Positions 12,186 to 24,581 of a DNA stretch of 64,000 bases are shown piece after piece. Source of the stretch: Felis catus (lineage: Eukaryota); contig NC_058368.1 of NCBI RefSeq assembly GCF_018350175.1, positions 222,892,001 to 222,956,000 of the forward strand, in the 5' to 3' direction. The translations under genes were made by a program, and so were the position numbers. The notes under the pieces were generated by a model. That model was not told the DNA's origin and ran no database searches. It saw nothing but the letters and a program-made list of their open reading frames with translations. Within the stretch, counting starts at the first letter, position 1. Each line of letters opens with the position of its first letter.

Positions 12186-13173
12186 AATCCATAAAATCGA
12201 AGTGAGAAGGAAAATACCTATGGGGTCATTATCGTGAGTTTTGTGTACTAACATCTTTTATTTCAATAAATATCACCATTCTATTTCCACTTTGCCCTGT
12301 TGCCTTCGTTGACTTTTCAAATAATTTTGTTAAAAAGTAAATAAAATAAAATCATTTCCTATCCTAAGTTTTTTTTTTATATATTTATGTATGTACTAAG
12401 TCCTTTGTTTTTAATAGACTACATTCAATTCATTCTGGTAAGATGAGAGATAGACAAATGGACATAATGGAGTAGACACAAATGGCTCTTGCCATCTATT
12501 CATCATCTATGTATCCCGATATACTTAAATAATAGAACACATAAAAATAGTTAGTTATATTAAGAACAATTTTTAAACAATTAAATGCTTATTCAAGTAA
12601 TGCAATCTGGATTTGCATACATTTATGTGGTTGTATTAATAAATTGAAGAGTTTCTTTGCTCCTTGATCTCACTTTAAGCAAAATGATGAATGTATAAAT
12701 AGCAGAGTAAGATGATTCTTTTTTAAAATCAGGAGAGAATGACAATGCTTTCTATAATCCTATCCTGTGATCAAAATGTTTATAATATGTACAAGTTTAA
12801 GTGAATTTAAGATACTGCAGTACCATTACACAAAAGTATATTACATATATTACAAATTACACATTAGTTGACTGTCGCATGTGGTACTGAAGTAGTGTCA
12901 TAGCAACTGCTTTGATTTTAAGATAATTTAGTAACATTATAATATATTATAAAAATTTAGCAGGAGTGCTGTGAATTTAGTAACAATCTATTATAGAACT
13001 ATGTAAGCAGATTGATATACTGTCAAAATGTGATTATCAATATGGAGAATATAATTCACTGTGAATTATATATATGTGTGTGTATAATCTGAGGTGTTTA
13101 GGGCTTTTCTAAAACCTACTTTACTTTATAATCTTTAAACAGTTGGTAATAGTCTTAAAATTGTTTGAAAATT

Positions 13174-13377
13174 ATTTTTTTTCTTTTTTTGATGTTTATT
13201 GATTCATGTTGAGAGAGAGACAGAGTGCACACAAGGGCATGCATGTGTGTGAGTGGGGGCAGGGCAGAGAGAGAGGGAGAGAGAGAATACCAAGCAGGCT
13301 CTGTGCTAACATGAGATCATGACCAGAGCCGAAATCAAGAGTTGGATGCTTAACTGACTGAGCCACCCAGGGGCCCC
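13174..13377 (-). mobile_element. CanSINE (older type, internal deletion)
   Basis: gagccacccaggggcccc reverse head, gaaatcaagagttggatgcttaac. Confidence 0.92.
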
Positions 13378-13883
13378 AGGATTTTTTTTTTCCTATTTTC
13401 CATTAAGTGTCCACTGCCTTCCTTTCAACCAAAATCTTTCCTGTTGTCTCGTCATGGATATACAAGCGGATGTTATAACTCCTTCTCAGAACCTAAGAAT
13501 CCATGATACTAGAATTCAGTATACAAAGTGATGCAAAATCTTATAAAATTATGAAACACCTTGTTTTCATTGATGCTATTCTTGTTGTTCTAAGTTAACT
13601 ATATACAGTGCCCAAGTACATTTCATAGTATGCATGTTTTTTTTTTTTCAATCCTAACAGTGGAGAAAATTTGACCTGTAACAACTTTAATTAGTACACA
13701 TCTAAAATATTATAATTTTTCTTCCAAAATTATATCAAGTGAAATTATATACACAGAGTTCAAAATTCATGTTGCATATTTCACACTTTAATTATGTGTA
13801 ATACCCAGTCTGAAATAATAGCCATTAAGTTAGTATGCTTACTTGATATTTCCAATTAATGGTTTTTTGGGTTTTTTTTTTTA

Positions 13884-14103
13884 GGGGTGCCTGGGTGGCT
13901 CAGTTAGCTAAGAGTATGACTTTGGCTCAGGTCATGATCTCACAGTTCATGGCATAGAGCCCTGCATCAGGCTCTCTACTCTCAGAGCAGAGCCCACATA
14001 TCAGATCCTTGGTCTCCTTCTTTCTCTGCACCTATCTGGCTTGCGCTCACTCTCTCTCTCTCTCTCTCTCAAAACTAAATATTAAAACATAAACATTAAA
14101 AAA
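13884..14103 (+). mobile_element. CanSINE
   Basis: ggggtgcctgggtggctcag head, CT linker, A tail. Confidence 0.94.
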
Positions 14104-14264
14104 GTTTAGATATATAGATATAGGGAGGAAGATGATAAATGATAGATAAAAGATAGATAAAATCAAATAGTTAATCCATCTGATTTACATATATTTAAGC
14201 TAAATCACTTTGACATTTTTCTTTAATCTGTAAACCATTCTCTTCAAACTGATGTAATTTAGTC

Positions 14265-14328
<64 letters not shown>
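14265..14328. repeat. Compound (TG)n(TA)n microsatellite
   Basis: Visible runs. Confidence 0.95.
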
Positions 14329-14330
<2 letters not shown>

Positions 14331-15208
14331 GAAAATTTTAAAACAGGATTAGGAGACATGGAAACCAAGAAAAGGTAAAATAAGATAAAGTCAGGTGAAA
14401 GTTTTTAATGTTGCTGCCACCTGAAATTAAGTGACTTAATAATATAAATAAATTTAATAAAATTTAATAATATAAAATTATTATATTAAATAATATAAAT
14501 ATTTAATAAAATTTAATAATATAAATTTTGTTGTGATTGCTAATCTACTGCCTTTGTTACTGAGACTCTGTCATCACATACAAATAAATGTTTACTATTA
14601 GAGCTAGCTGTAAGTTAAGGAAACTGACTATTCCTTGATATCCCTTCTTGTCATCTCTCATTTAAGGGAAAACCATACCAAAACTTACAAATCACATTAA
14701 AAAAACAAGCAATATGTATTTCTGGTACACAGTGCTTGGTTGATATGCATTATTGCTTTCTTTCATGGGCTAACAGGATACATTAATTCACTTTTAAGTC
14801 TTAAGCATGTACAACGAAAGTGAAAAAAAATGATAATAATCGTTATGGTCTGTTGTTAAGTTGCTTACTTATTAGACAGAATAGCTATTTGGGGTATATA
14901 AGAGGATCAACAATGGGCATTGAAGTGCTTTCTTACCTATATTGTCTAACCAAAAAGTTACCGATGTAAAAGATTAAAGGTAGTAACTATTTGACTCGAA
15001 GTATATGTAAGTTGCCTGTGCTATTATTTAACAATTAATATGCATTGAATAAGCATATTTCCTGAGATTACTTTACTACATGCCACTTAATTAGGAGAAA
15101 GTCAACAGAGAAGATTCAAAGTGAATATGCATGTACATTAATGAATTTGACTTTATTCTGAGACACCATTAACCGACCAACAGTAATTTTTATTTATAAT
15201 CATTCTAG

Positions 15209-15399
15209 TTTTTAATTTTTTTTATTTTAGAGAGAGAGAGAATGAGAGCAGGGGAGAGGGACGGGGGAGAGAGAGAGAGAGAGAGAATGAGAGAGAGAGA
15301 GAGAATGAGAGCAGGGGCTCAGTCCCACTACCCTGGGATCAAGACCTGAGACAAAATAAAGAGTTGGATTCCTAACCGACTGAGACACCCAGGTGCCCC
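15209..15399 (-). mobile_element. CanSINE (older type, rearranged GA linker)
   Basis: cacccaggtgcccc reverse head, (GA)n, T tail. Confidence 0.9.
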
Positions 15400-15943
15400 A
15401 GTTATTTTAGGTTTTGATATTTCCTGTGTTTTTACACATTGAGATTTATAATATAATATTTACATAATATATAATCCATCAAAGTAAGTGGTTTATATAA
15501 ATTAATTGTTCAAAAATTTTGATCATGCTAAAAACAATATTACCATTTTCATTCATTTATTAAAATATTTCAAATTCATTTCTAAAATTTGTTGCAAGTG
15601 AATTTATCTTAAATTTTACTTATTACTCTTTATGTTTCTTATTGAAGAAAAAAATGAAAATTCCTTTTTTCATGGACATTTAAATTTCAAATACCCCATG
15701 GGAAGCATAATTATCCTGACTTTAGTTACACAACTTATTTTCTAAATTGGGTAATTCTTTTCTGTCTTACCTATTAACACTCTATTAGTTTCCTTTCTTC
15801 TTCTTTGTTCAGCACATATCTCTTCCTCACCAGCCCATTGATATGTTTCTCAGGACGATTTTTGCACACTGTCTTTTTTCTATGTTTTTTCCCCACACCC
15901 TTCCTGCTGCCATCCTAGATCATTTCAGTTCAGTCATTACAAA

Positions 15944-16363
15944 TGCTATAGGATTAGTTGTTCTCTCTGGAAAGATATGTTGAAGTTCTAACCCCTAGGA
16001 CCTGTGACCATGACCTTATTTGGAAATGGGGTCTTTGCAGATGTAATCAACTTACGATGAGGTCATGGATGGGGCACTAATCCAGTATAGCTAGTGTCCT
16101 TCTAAGTAGAGAAGAAGAGACTTAAAGACAGACACACACAAAGTGATGTTTCACAGATAATGTGAAGACATACAGGGAGAATGCCATGTGATGATGCAAG
16201 AGAAGTATAGAGAGATACTTCTACAAGACAAGGAATTGCAAAAATTGCCAGCAATGCCAAGGCTAAAAGAAAGGCATGGGACAGACTCCCCCCAACACTT
16301 CAGAGAGAGTATTGACCTCTGACATGTTGATTTCAGACTTCTATCCTCCAGAACTGTGAGACA
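15944..16363 (+). mobile_element. MaLR LTR (MLT1B/C-like), 3' truncated
   Basis: gaccttatttggaaatggggtctttgcagatgtaatcaa and ttgatttcagacttctatcctccagaactgtgaga are MLT1 hallmarks. Confidence 0.9.
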
Positions 16364-17472
16364 GGAATGACCTCATTATGCTTCAACTGAGGAGAATACT
16401 TGAGGTCTTCAGGGAGTTACTGAATCAGAAAGTTCTCAAATTGTATATGATGACATTACAGAGAGGAAGCCATGAAAGAAATGACTGAAGAATGGGGATC
16501 AGCTCACTGAGGTGAATCAGAGTAAGCAAAAAGACTAGAAAGTCAGTAGGGCCAGAGGAGATGTTCTGAACTTAAAAAAAAAAAATTGCCTGTGGTAAAA
16601 TAAATAAAATAACGGCTGCTTGAAATCGGTGGGTGACTTGACAAATTGCTTTGGACTGTTTTGCTTTGGGGACCTAATATCACGGAAAATCAAAGCTGGA
16701 TGCTTTGATGGTTTGCTTTATATCTTTAATTATGTCCTCTTTCTGGAAAGAAAACATTGTTTCCATTCTGCTAGGTCCTTTTGACATGGAGTATATCTAT
16801 TTAAAATCTTCCCATCTTTAAAAATATTTTTTTTAATTTTAAAAACTATTTCCTCACAAGAAATAAAATTAAAACTAAACAGTTCCATGTCCTTTCTAAA
16901 TTGTGCCTCTCTATACAGCCACGTGGTTTCCTCTTAGTCCTCAAAATTTTAAAATATTTGTCCAACTTCCTCTGCTCTACTGACCTAGTTTTCTTCTGAT
17001 AGTTCAAAGGTCTCCACATTGTCATATTCAACATAGTTTGGGTTCTTATTTTTTTAATCTTTGCACAATCTTTCAATGCTTAGCTACCCATTATTACCCT
17101 CAAGACAATCCTTCATTTACTTTAATGCTCTCCCTTCCTTTCTTATTCCCCTGTCTGATTCGCTTCGTCTTCTTTTCTGTCAGTCTCTTTGAGAACTCTC
17201 GTCAATTTCTCTGGGATCAGCTATCACCTGCACGATAATGGCTCTGAAGTTAGTATATCTAACCCAGAATTTTCCTCTATTAAAAACTCTTTGATTCACC
17301 ATTTCCTCCAGTGACTTCAAACTGTCATGCTCCAAACTAAAGTTGTCGCCTCTCAATAATACACCTTATCTTATATTAGGTGTATATTTTATTCCCAACA
17401 TGCACCAACATCTCTGGAAACCACACTTCCTTCTTCATCCTTGCCTCCACTCGTAATTTAGGATGTGTTTTT

Positions 17473-17685
17473 TTTTTTCAACGTTTATTTATTTTTTTGG
17501 GGGACAGAGAGAGACAGAGCATGAAAGGGGGAGGGGCAGAGAGAGAGGGAAACACAGAATCGGAAACAGGCTCCAGGCTCTGAGCCATCAGCCCAGAGCC
17601 CGACGCGGGGCTCGAACTCCCGGACCGCGAGATCGTGACCTGGCTGAAGTCGGACGCTTAACCGACTGCGCCACCCAGGCACCCC
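17473..17685 (-). mobile_element. Young felid CanSINE (SINEC_Fc-type)
   Basis: Near-identical to the 2749 copy in reverse; 14-bp TSD taggatgtgttttt at 17459-17472 and 17686-17699. Confidence 0.98.
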
Positions 17686-17937
17686 TAGGATGTGTTTTTA
17701 AGTCTCTTGTCAACTTCAATATCTTCTTTACTGGGCCCTTTTGCATCCATTCTTGCCCTCTAATCCATCCATCTCCTAAAACTAGAATCTCAATACATCG
17801 CCACTCTTCTCGTGATTTTCAGTGAGTCTTCTAAGCAACATAGAATCACGTCTCGTTTCATTTCATAGTATGACACAGAACAACATTGTTCTGAACTGAG
17901 TCTATATCTCCAATTCCTATCTCACAACTTCCTTTCC

Positions 17938-17941
17938 CTTT

Positions 17942-17989
<48 letters not shown>

Positions 17990-18012
17990 TTTCTTGCCTT
18001 CTTTCTTTCTTT
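17938..18012. repeat. (TTTC)n microsatellite
   Basis: Visible run. Confidence 0.95.
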
Positions 18013-18520
18013 TCAACTTTTGCATATGCTTTTCAGTTGTTGGTTATCAGATTACAATTGTCAGTTTTCCAAATTAGCCACTCTTCCTCATGTTGTCATG
18101 ACTTTGGACATGTTATCTCTTGCTTTCCAATCAAGCGTTGATCCGTAGATTATTTCTTAAAACTGACATGATTGTCAAGACACTGCTCAAATATCACCTT
18201 CTTTGTAGTTATTTTAATCCCTCTAGGTTTGATGAGGTGTCTTGATTTGGAAACTTTCAATAATTATTACAGTTAATTACTTGAGTTACGTAAAGGCAGG
18301 ACTATGCTTTATTCACCTTTGTTAACCTCAGCATTTCAACTCAGGTCCAAGTCTAGAGCAGGTATTTAAATGTTCCCTGAATAAATATGTCCATCTCTGC
18401 TCTTCTCTGTTCATATCTTTGCACATATCTGGCTGGAGAGTTACATAAGCATTATTGACATATTTCTCATTCTACTGCACAGCAAATTTGATTTCTTTGA
18501 TGTTGGGTCTGTGTGTCCAG

Positions 18521-18693
18521 CAGTGATTCTCAATCATTAGTATGTATAAGAATCATCCTGGGAGCTTGTTAATGTTAAATGGGACTCATCCTTAGAGATT
18601 TTGATTCAGTAGGTCAAGGTAGAGCCCAGAGAGCCCTCACATGCTCACAGATGCCTCTGCTTCTAGCAACCAGGATAACTCTAAGAACAATGG
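18521..18693. mobile_element. MER5-type hAT-Charlie MITE
   Basis: cagtgattctcaa...agaatcatcctgggagcttgttaa...gattttgattcagtaggtc...taagaacaatg resembles MER5A. Confidence 0.8.
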
Positions 18694-19107
18694 TATACAA
18701 TACAGTTGAGAGGGAAGGAAAAGGTTATTTCCCCCTGCCTTTGGTGAACAATCAAGCAGGACATCTGAACTCCTTTGTTCAACTATATTACTTTTTATCA
18801 TCTTTAAATTTGGACAATTAGATTTATTTATTCCAAAAGAATTATGGCTATAGGAGTGATATTACCAACAGGCTTAGGTGATGAGGATATGGAAATAGAA
18901 ACAGCTGCCTACTTATTACTTTCTTTAGGCTTCCATTTGCCTATTTTAAATGCATTGCAATTTTCCCCATCTGCTTTCTCTACTTATTATTAGACTGTTA
19001 TTGAATCTGTAGTTTAATGTTTATTTGGTTTATAGTGTCATCTTTGAGTGTATTACTACCGTATCTATAATTTTAAAATCTGTGTTTAAAAATATTTTTT
19101 CTTCTAC

Positions 19108-19290
19108 ATCTCATTTGATGTCACTATAAACTACTAGGTTTAATGAGTTAGATAGAGTTATGCCCATTTTAAAATAAGGAAATAGAAATCCATAGAGACA
19201 AAAATGTTGGCCATGTTCCTATAGTTGGAAAGTCCCAAAGTTGGTACTAAGTTAGTAGAGTGTCATCTGGAGTATAGTGGGCTTTTGAAT
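19108..19290 (-). mobile_element. MIR fragment
   Basis: atctcatttgat...cccattttaaaataaggaaatagaa resembles the reverse MIR core. Confidence 0.55.
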
Positions 19291-19386
19291 GCACCGCTCA
19301 TCAGACATAATGGCTGTTCATGAACATTTATGTAGATCAAAGTGGCCACAAGAATGCTGACGCTGTCATCGTTCGTGACAATGTCT

Positions 19387-19630
19387 GTAGTTGTGAAGAA
19401 CAGAGCTTTTATAGCTAGATTTCTCTAACTCAGGTTTTAACTCAACAATTAACTACTAACTATGTCATTGGGAGCATGAATTAACCTCTCATAATGAGCT
19501 CATGATTATCATCTTAAAATTATCATTTGTAAGATAGAAAAAAGGAGTTGTGAATATTAAATTAGTTACAATACACATATTGGAGCCCAGACTATGGCTC
19601 TAGTGCAGAAGAGACATTAACCAAAAATGG
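19387..19630 (+). mobile_element. MIR fragment
   Basis: aagaacagagcttt...actaactatgtcattggg...ttaacctctc...gttgtgaatattaaattagt. Confidence 0.55.
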
Positions 19631-19994
19631 GCAATTTTGAGTAAAAGAATGCCAATTAATTGCGGCTATGATCTGATGCCACTGATGAGAGAGAATGTTG
19701 GGGAAACTTGACGTGATACAGGTATCATCACAAAATAGCCAACAGAATTTTTAAGACATCGCTAGAAGTAATATAATTTAAAAAAAACTTGAAAAAAATG
19801 GTAAATTTCTGGAATGGTTGAATTGGGCTTAAGAAACGTGAAGAATCATTCTATTAAAGTATATCCAATTGTAATGATTTTAAAATATAAAAGTTTCACA
19901 AATTTCCATTATTCTGAAGTATAATCCATATTATTTGTTTTGTAAATATTACAGGGATATGCCATTTGCAGTATGCAGGTATGTGTGTGCATGC

Positions 19995-19996
<2 letters not shown>

Positions 19997-20038
<42 letters not shown>
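19997..20038. repeat. (TG)n microsatellite
   Basis: Visible run. Confidence 0.96.
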
Positions 20039-20041
<3 letters not shown>

Positions 20042-20127
20042 TTACTGTCACAATAAGGATCTATTTAAGATATAATTACACATTTTCCCTCTCAGTAGCC
20101 GTTGTTTTGTATTTGTTTAGGTCTCTC

Positions 20128-20613
20128 TTTATTTTTTTTTTTTTTATTTTTTAATGCTTATTTATTTATTTATTTTTATTTTTTTTATTTTTTTTAAATT
20201 TTTTTTTTCAACGTTTATTTATTTTTGGGACAGAGAGAGACAGAGCATGAACGGGGGAGGGGCAGAGAGAGAGGGAGACACAGAATCGGAAACAGGCTCC
20301 AGGCTCTGAGCCATCAGCCCAGAGCCCGACGCGGGGCTCGAACTCACGGACCCTGAGATCGTGACCTGGCTGAAGTCGGACGCTTAACCGACTGCGCCAC
20401 CCAGGCGCCCCAATGCTTATTTATTTTTGAAGGAGAGAGAAACAGAGCATGAGCAGGGGAAGAGTAGAAAAAGAGGGAGACACAGAATCTGAAGCAGTCT
20501 CCAGACTCTGAACTGTCAGTACAGAGCCCAATGTGGGGCTCGAACTCACAAACTGTAGATCCTGACCTGAGCTGAAGTCGGACACTCAACTGACTGAGCC
20601 ACCCAGGCACCCC
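20128..20613 (-). mobile_element. Older CanSINE whose tail is split by a nested young SINE
   Basis: Body at 20412-20613, tail remnant at 20128-20167; degenerate TSD aggtctctct / agatctctct. Confidence 0.92.
20168..20411 (-). mobile_element. Young felid CanSINE (SINEC_Fc-type), nested
   Basis: CpG-intact body; 15-bp TSD aatgcttatttattt at 20153-20167 and 20412-20426. Confidence 0.97.
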
Positions 20614-20713
20614 AGATCTCTCTGTCTTGATAGGCTAATCATTGAGATGTTGTGATGTACCAACTTATGTACCATGAAATTAGAGTACACTTATGCTACA
20701 CTTAGCATAAGGA

Positions 20714-20714
<1 letters not shown>

Positions 20715-20742
<28 letters not shown>
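20715..20742. repeat. Poly(A) run of about 28 nt
   Basis: Visible run with no recognisable element body. Confidence 0.95.
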
Positions 20743-20744
<2 letters not shown>

Positions 20745-21366
20745 TTTGACCAGGAGGAAAGAAATGACTGAGTGCCCATTATTTTGAATCACTGGTCACA
20801 TTTTCTTATTTTGAATTTAGAAAGGAAGTACTTGTCTTTTATGAAGGAGTTTGATTCCGAAGGAATCTTCTTTACCATGTTTTTAACTTGTACATCACTT
20901 TCACAGACATGCTCACATCCTTATAAATGGTTTCTGTGAGCGTTAAAGATTTCAGTAGTCAGGGAAGATGCAGTGCAGTGAGATTCTGCATCTGAACTGG
21001 TAAGAGTTCATTCTTTCTCTATTGAAAAGCATATTTTTACAGAAATGGAATGTATGCCATCATTGTCTATGTAGGTTGCACGGCATCTGATCCACAGTGA
21101 CAGAAAAAAAATTCCAGAATATCTGCAGTATATTTTGCTGAATGTTAACAGCAGGTTCAGATGTGTTTTGTTTCTGACCTTGCGAAATGCTTCCTAGCAG
21201 ATGCAATGCCTTTTACATCAAATACACAAACTGCTACTAGGGCATCAGCCACTTGCACAAGAATACATTTCATGAAAATAAAAGTTGTTCAGGTCAGTTT
21301 CACCAATGCCATTTTTCTCCCATTATCCCATGGCATGAGAAATGTTTGATATATTTTATTACATTT

Positions 21367-21578
21367 AAATTTTATTTATTTATTTATGTTTTGAGAGAGA
21401 GAGAGAGAGAGAGAGTGAGCAGGGGAGGGGCAGAGAGAGACACACACACAGAATCTGAAGCAGACTCCAGGCTCTGAGCCATCAGCACAGAGCCCACGTG
21501 GGACTTGAACTCGTGAACCCTGAGATCATGACCTGAGCCAAGTCGGTCACTCAACCAACTGAGCCACCCAGGCACCCC
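21367..21578 (-). mobile_element. CanSINE
   Basis: Reverse head gagccacccaggcacccc; TSD tattttattacattt / tactttattacattt. Confidence 0.95.
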
Positions 21579-22529
21579 TACTTTATTACATTTTAAACGT
21601 GATGAAGCATCACCATCATAATGCTGATTTGTTTCATGTCAATGATTCTTGTTTTATAGGGTTAAAAAAGTTATTCAGGCCATCAAATTAGCTAATATTT
21701 CGAATCGGATTCATAGAATATTGTTTCTATTATTGTTATCCGCTCTTCGTAATTCAGTATGTGCGTGTGTGTCTATGTGTGAGTAGGTGTGTGAGATAAT
21801 ATATGATTTGAGTTGAAAATCCAAGTATCTAAACATTGTGAACCTCATCAAAATTCTGAGGCTGTGAGCTTTTAATATTCATGTATGTTTGGGATATTTG
21901 CAATATTGTAATTGAGAAAATATTTAGGAATCAAATAGAAAAGTTTTAGTTTGTTTTTGAAACTTATAACAAACAAGAGTAATCAAATATTTACAACGAG
22001 AGGCACCTGTGGAGAATGAGGCACAATTTTATCCTTCAATTCAAATTTGCATAATATTTTTTAGATCCTTATATATGTCCCATATTCTAAGGTATGTGAC
22101 TCAGAGACAGATCAATTTGGCTCTGGTGATGATAAATTATAAGCAAAGTTAACTTTATTTTTAAGAGTTATTTCAGAGTAAAGTTTGTGAAATTGTACAT
22201 CAATTTTACAAATGACATCCCTAATTGCGCTATTGTCCCCATTACATGTAATTCACTTAGGCACAGAATCACTGTTCAGGTACTATCACTCCAAGAGAAT
22301 TTTTCCAAAACGAAAATTGGGTGAAAATATAGTCCATATAAGCAACGAAATATCAGGATGAGATTTTGCTCATTTAATTTTGAAAGAAACATGTACAACT
22401 AGGTGGTGGGGAAAAAAATGTCTTGAAAGCAAGTATTGTCTAGGATGTAGAAAGTATAGAAAAATTAATGCACCTTGCAAGTTTGTGACAGCACTGTGAT
22501 GCAGGTAAATGATTTTTATTTTATCCAAT

Positions 22530-23107
22530 TGATGCTGGCAGGCAGGACCCAGGGACCCATAGCAGGTAACGCAGGACCCGCCAAGATTGTCTTTGGCCTG
22601 TCAATGGAAATCAAATGTGAATCAGCAAGAAGTGAGAGCAGAGTTTATTGAAGGTACAGACAGACAGCAGGTGCAGACGGAGCACCTGGGAGACTTGGAA
22701 AGGAAAGAAGCTGGAGCCTTGTCTTTGTTCAGGGTCTGCAGGTTTTGTATTGAGGATGGTGGTCTGGTGTTGGTGTCCCCTCAGTCATCCAGGAGCCAGT
22801 TAAAACAAAGGTGAAGACCCAAGTGTGAATCCTTGGAGTCGAGGGGTCTTGGAGTTGAGATGTTTAGCTCCAGTATTCCGGGGTATGCATGTGATCGCTC
22901 TGTTGGGCCATTCTCACCTGGCCCTTCTTTCGATGTTATCTATTCTAGAGAAATCATTCAGTGTTTGACCTTTATAAGGAGAACATATGCTATTTGTGTT
23001 ACAAGACATGTGTGAAATGGGGGTGCAGGTCCTGGCAAGAATAGAAGCAAAAAAAAAAAAAAAGCAAAAAGCGGATTTTTATGGAGTCCTTCAGTTTCTC
23101 TATCTGA
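22530..23107 (-). mobile_element. Solo ERV LTR (ERV1-like)
   Basis: Minus strand starts t(c)agatagagaaactgaagg, contains caataaactctgctctcacttc poly(A) region and ends ccagcatca; 4-bp flanks caat/gaat resemble a TSD. Confidence 0.8.
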
Positions 23108-24275
23108 GAATCAGCATCTCAGTGCACAGAACCTGCAGTATGTGTTTGGGACTGTGAACTATCCCCTTAGCAGTTTCAGTGAGCTGGATTATGAACTCTG
23201 TAACCAGAGATGAAAACATGAAATAAAGAAATATTGTGCAAGATTGTCTGTTGTGTCATTTCAGCTCTAGGATACCAGGATAGTCACCAATGTTTAGATG
23301 AAAATGCCATACATGTAGACAACTATGTTAACATAGGGTACATTAGGAACGGGTTAATGCACCCCGTGTGGTTTTAAATATTTTCTCAAACAAGAATCCC
23401 CCCAAAATAAGTATAACCTTTTCTAACATGAAGTACACCCAAATAGCAAGGTTTACAGGTTATGTATCTTTTTTTTTTATCATTTAAATCCTACATGTGC
23501 TTTTTGAATTGAAAAAAAAACATGTTGGTAATTCAAAATACTGGTATTATTGCACTGTTTTCCTCACAATAGAAATTATTGTTTTCTATTTATCATGAAT
23601 AACAAATAAAATTGGTATTATAAATGGCAGTTAAGTGATATGTACATCTTATTAAATAATACTACTATGTATAATAAATTCAGTAATTGTTGAATTTGTC
23701 ATTCTCTACTAATATCAAAATTTTGATTTATAAACTACTTGCTTTACTGATAATTGTGGCAATATAAACAATGACATTTTAGAGATACCACCTCAAACAC
23801 CATATTTATATTTCTGTTACAGGGCTTATAATATGCTTTGCTTATAATTGCTTGTTTATATATCTGTTTCTTTCATTAGACTTTGGGCTCAGTCCACAGA
23901 TAATATATATATTTAATATCTGTATTTATAATATTATATATAATATGTAGCATATGATAAATAATAAAAAATAAATATGTCAAAAATAACAAACAAATAT
24001 ACAAGGGAAATAAAATAATTATATTGATTTAATTTTATATATTATTAAAAATAATATCATTAAGTTGAGAATTTAAAGACAAGGTAAATTTTCTTCATTT
24101 TAATAACCAAGTTTAGTGTTTAAGAAATTTATTCTCTAGATAAAGCATATAATTGAGGTTTTAGGCTAGCATTAGGATTGGTGCATGTAATTATGATGGA
24201 ATCTGCAAGAAAAAAAATATTTGTGTGGTAACTAGCACTAGAAATCAAAATCAATGCAAAAAGTGCTGTCTTTTT

Positions 24276-24491
24276 TTATTTTTTTTTAATTTTATTTATT
24301 TATTTTGGGGAGAGAGAGAGAGACAGAGCACAAGTAAGGGAGGGTCAGAGAGGGAGACACAGAATCCGAAGCAGGCTCCAGGTTCTGAGCTGTCAGCACA
24401 GAGCCCAATGCTGGCCTCAAACTCACGAACCATGAGATCATGACCTGAGCAGAAGCTGGAGACTTAAATGAGGGAGCCACCCAGGCGCCCC
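24276..24491 (-). mobile_element. CanSINE
   Basis: Reverse head ccaggcgcccc; TSD aa(a/g)aagtgctgtcttttt. Confidence 0.96.
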
Positions 24492-24581
24492 AAGAAGTGC
24501 TGTCTTTTTATGAGAAGGAATGGCTACAATGTAACTGGGCAATATGCAGAAAAACTTTTCTCTGGAAAGAAAAACTTCTAT

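Larger units (their letters stand above)
17225..18390 (+). mobile_element. L2 LINE fragments interrupted by a SINE and (TTTC)n
   Basis: cttcaaactgtcatgctccaaactaaa, gctcaaatatcaccttct and aaggcaggactatgctttattcacctttgt (L2 3' end). Confidence 0.65.

Noticed and set aside
14438..14525. Duplicated A/T-only unit of about 38 bp
   Set aside because: Ordinary low-complexity slippage duplication
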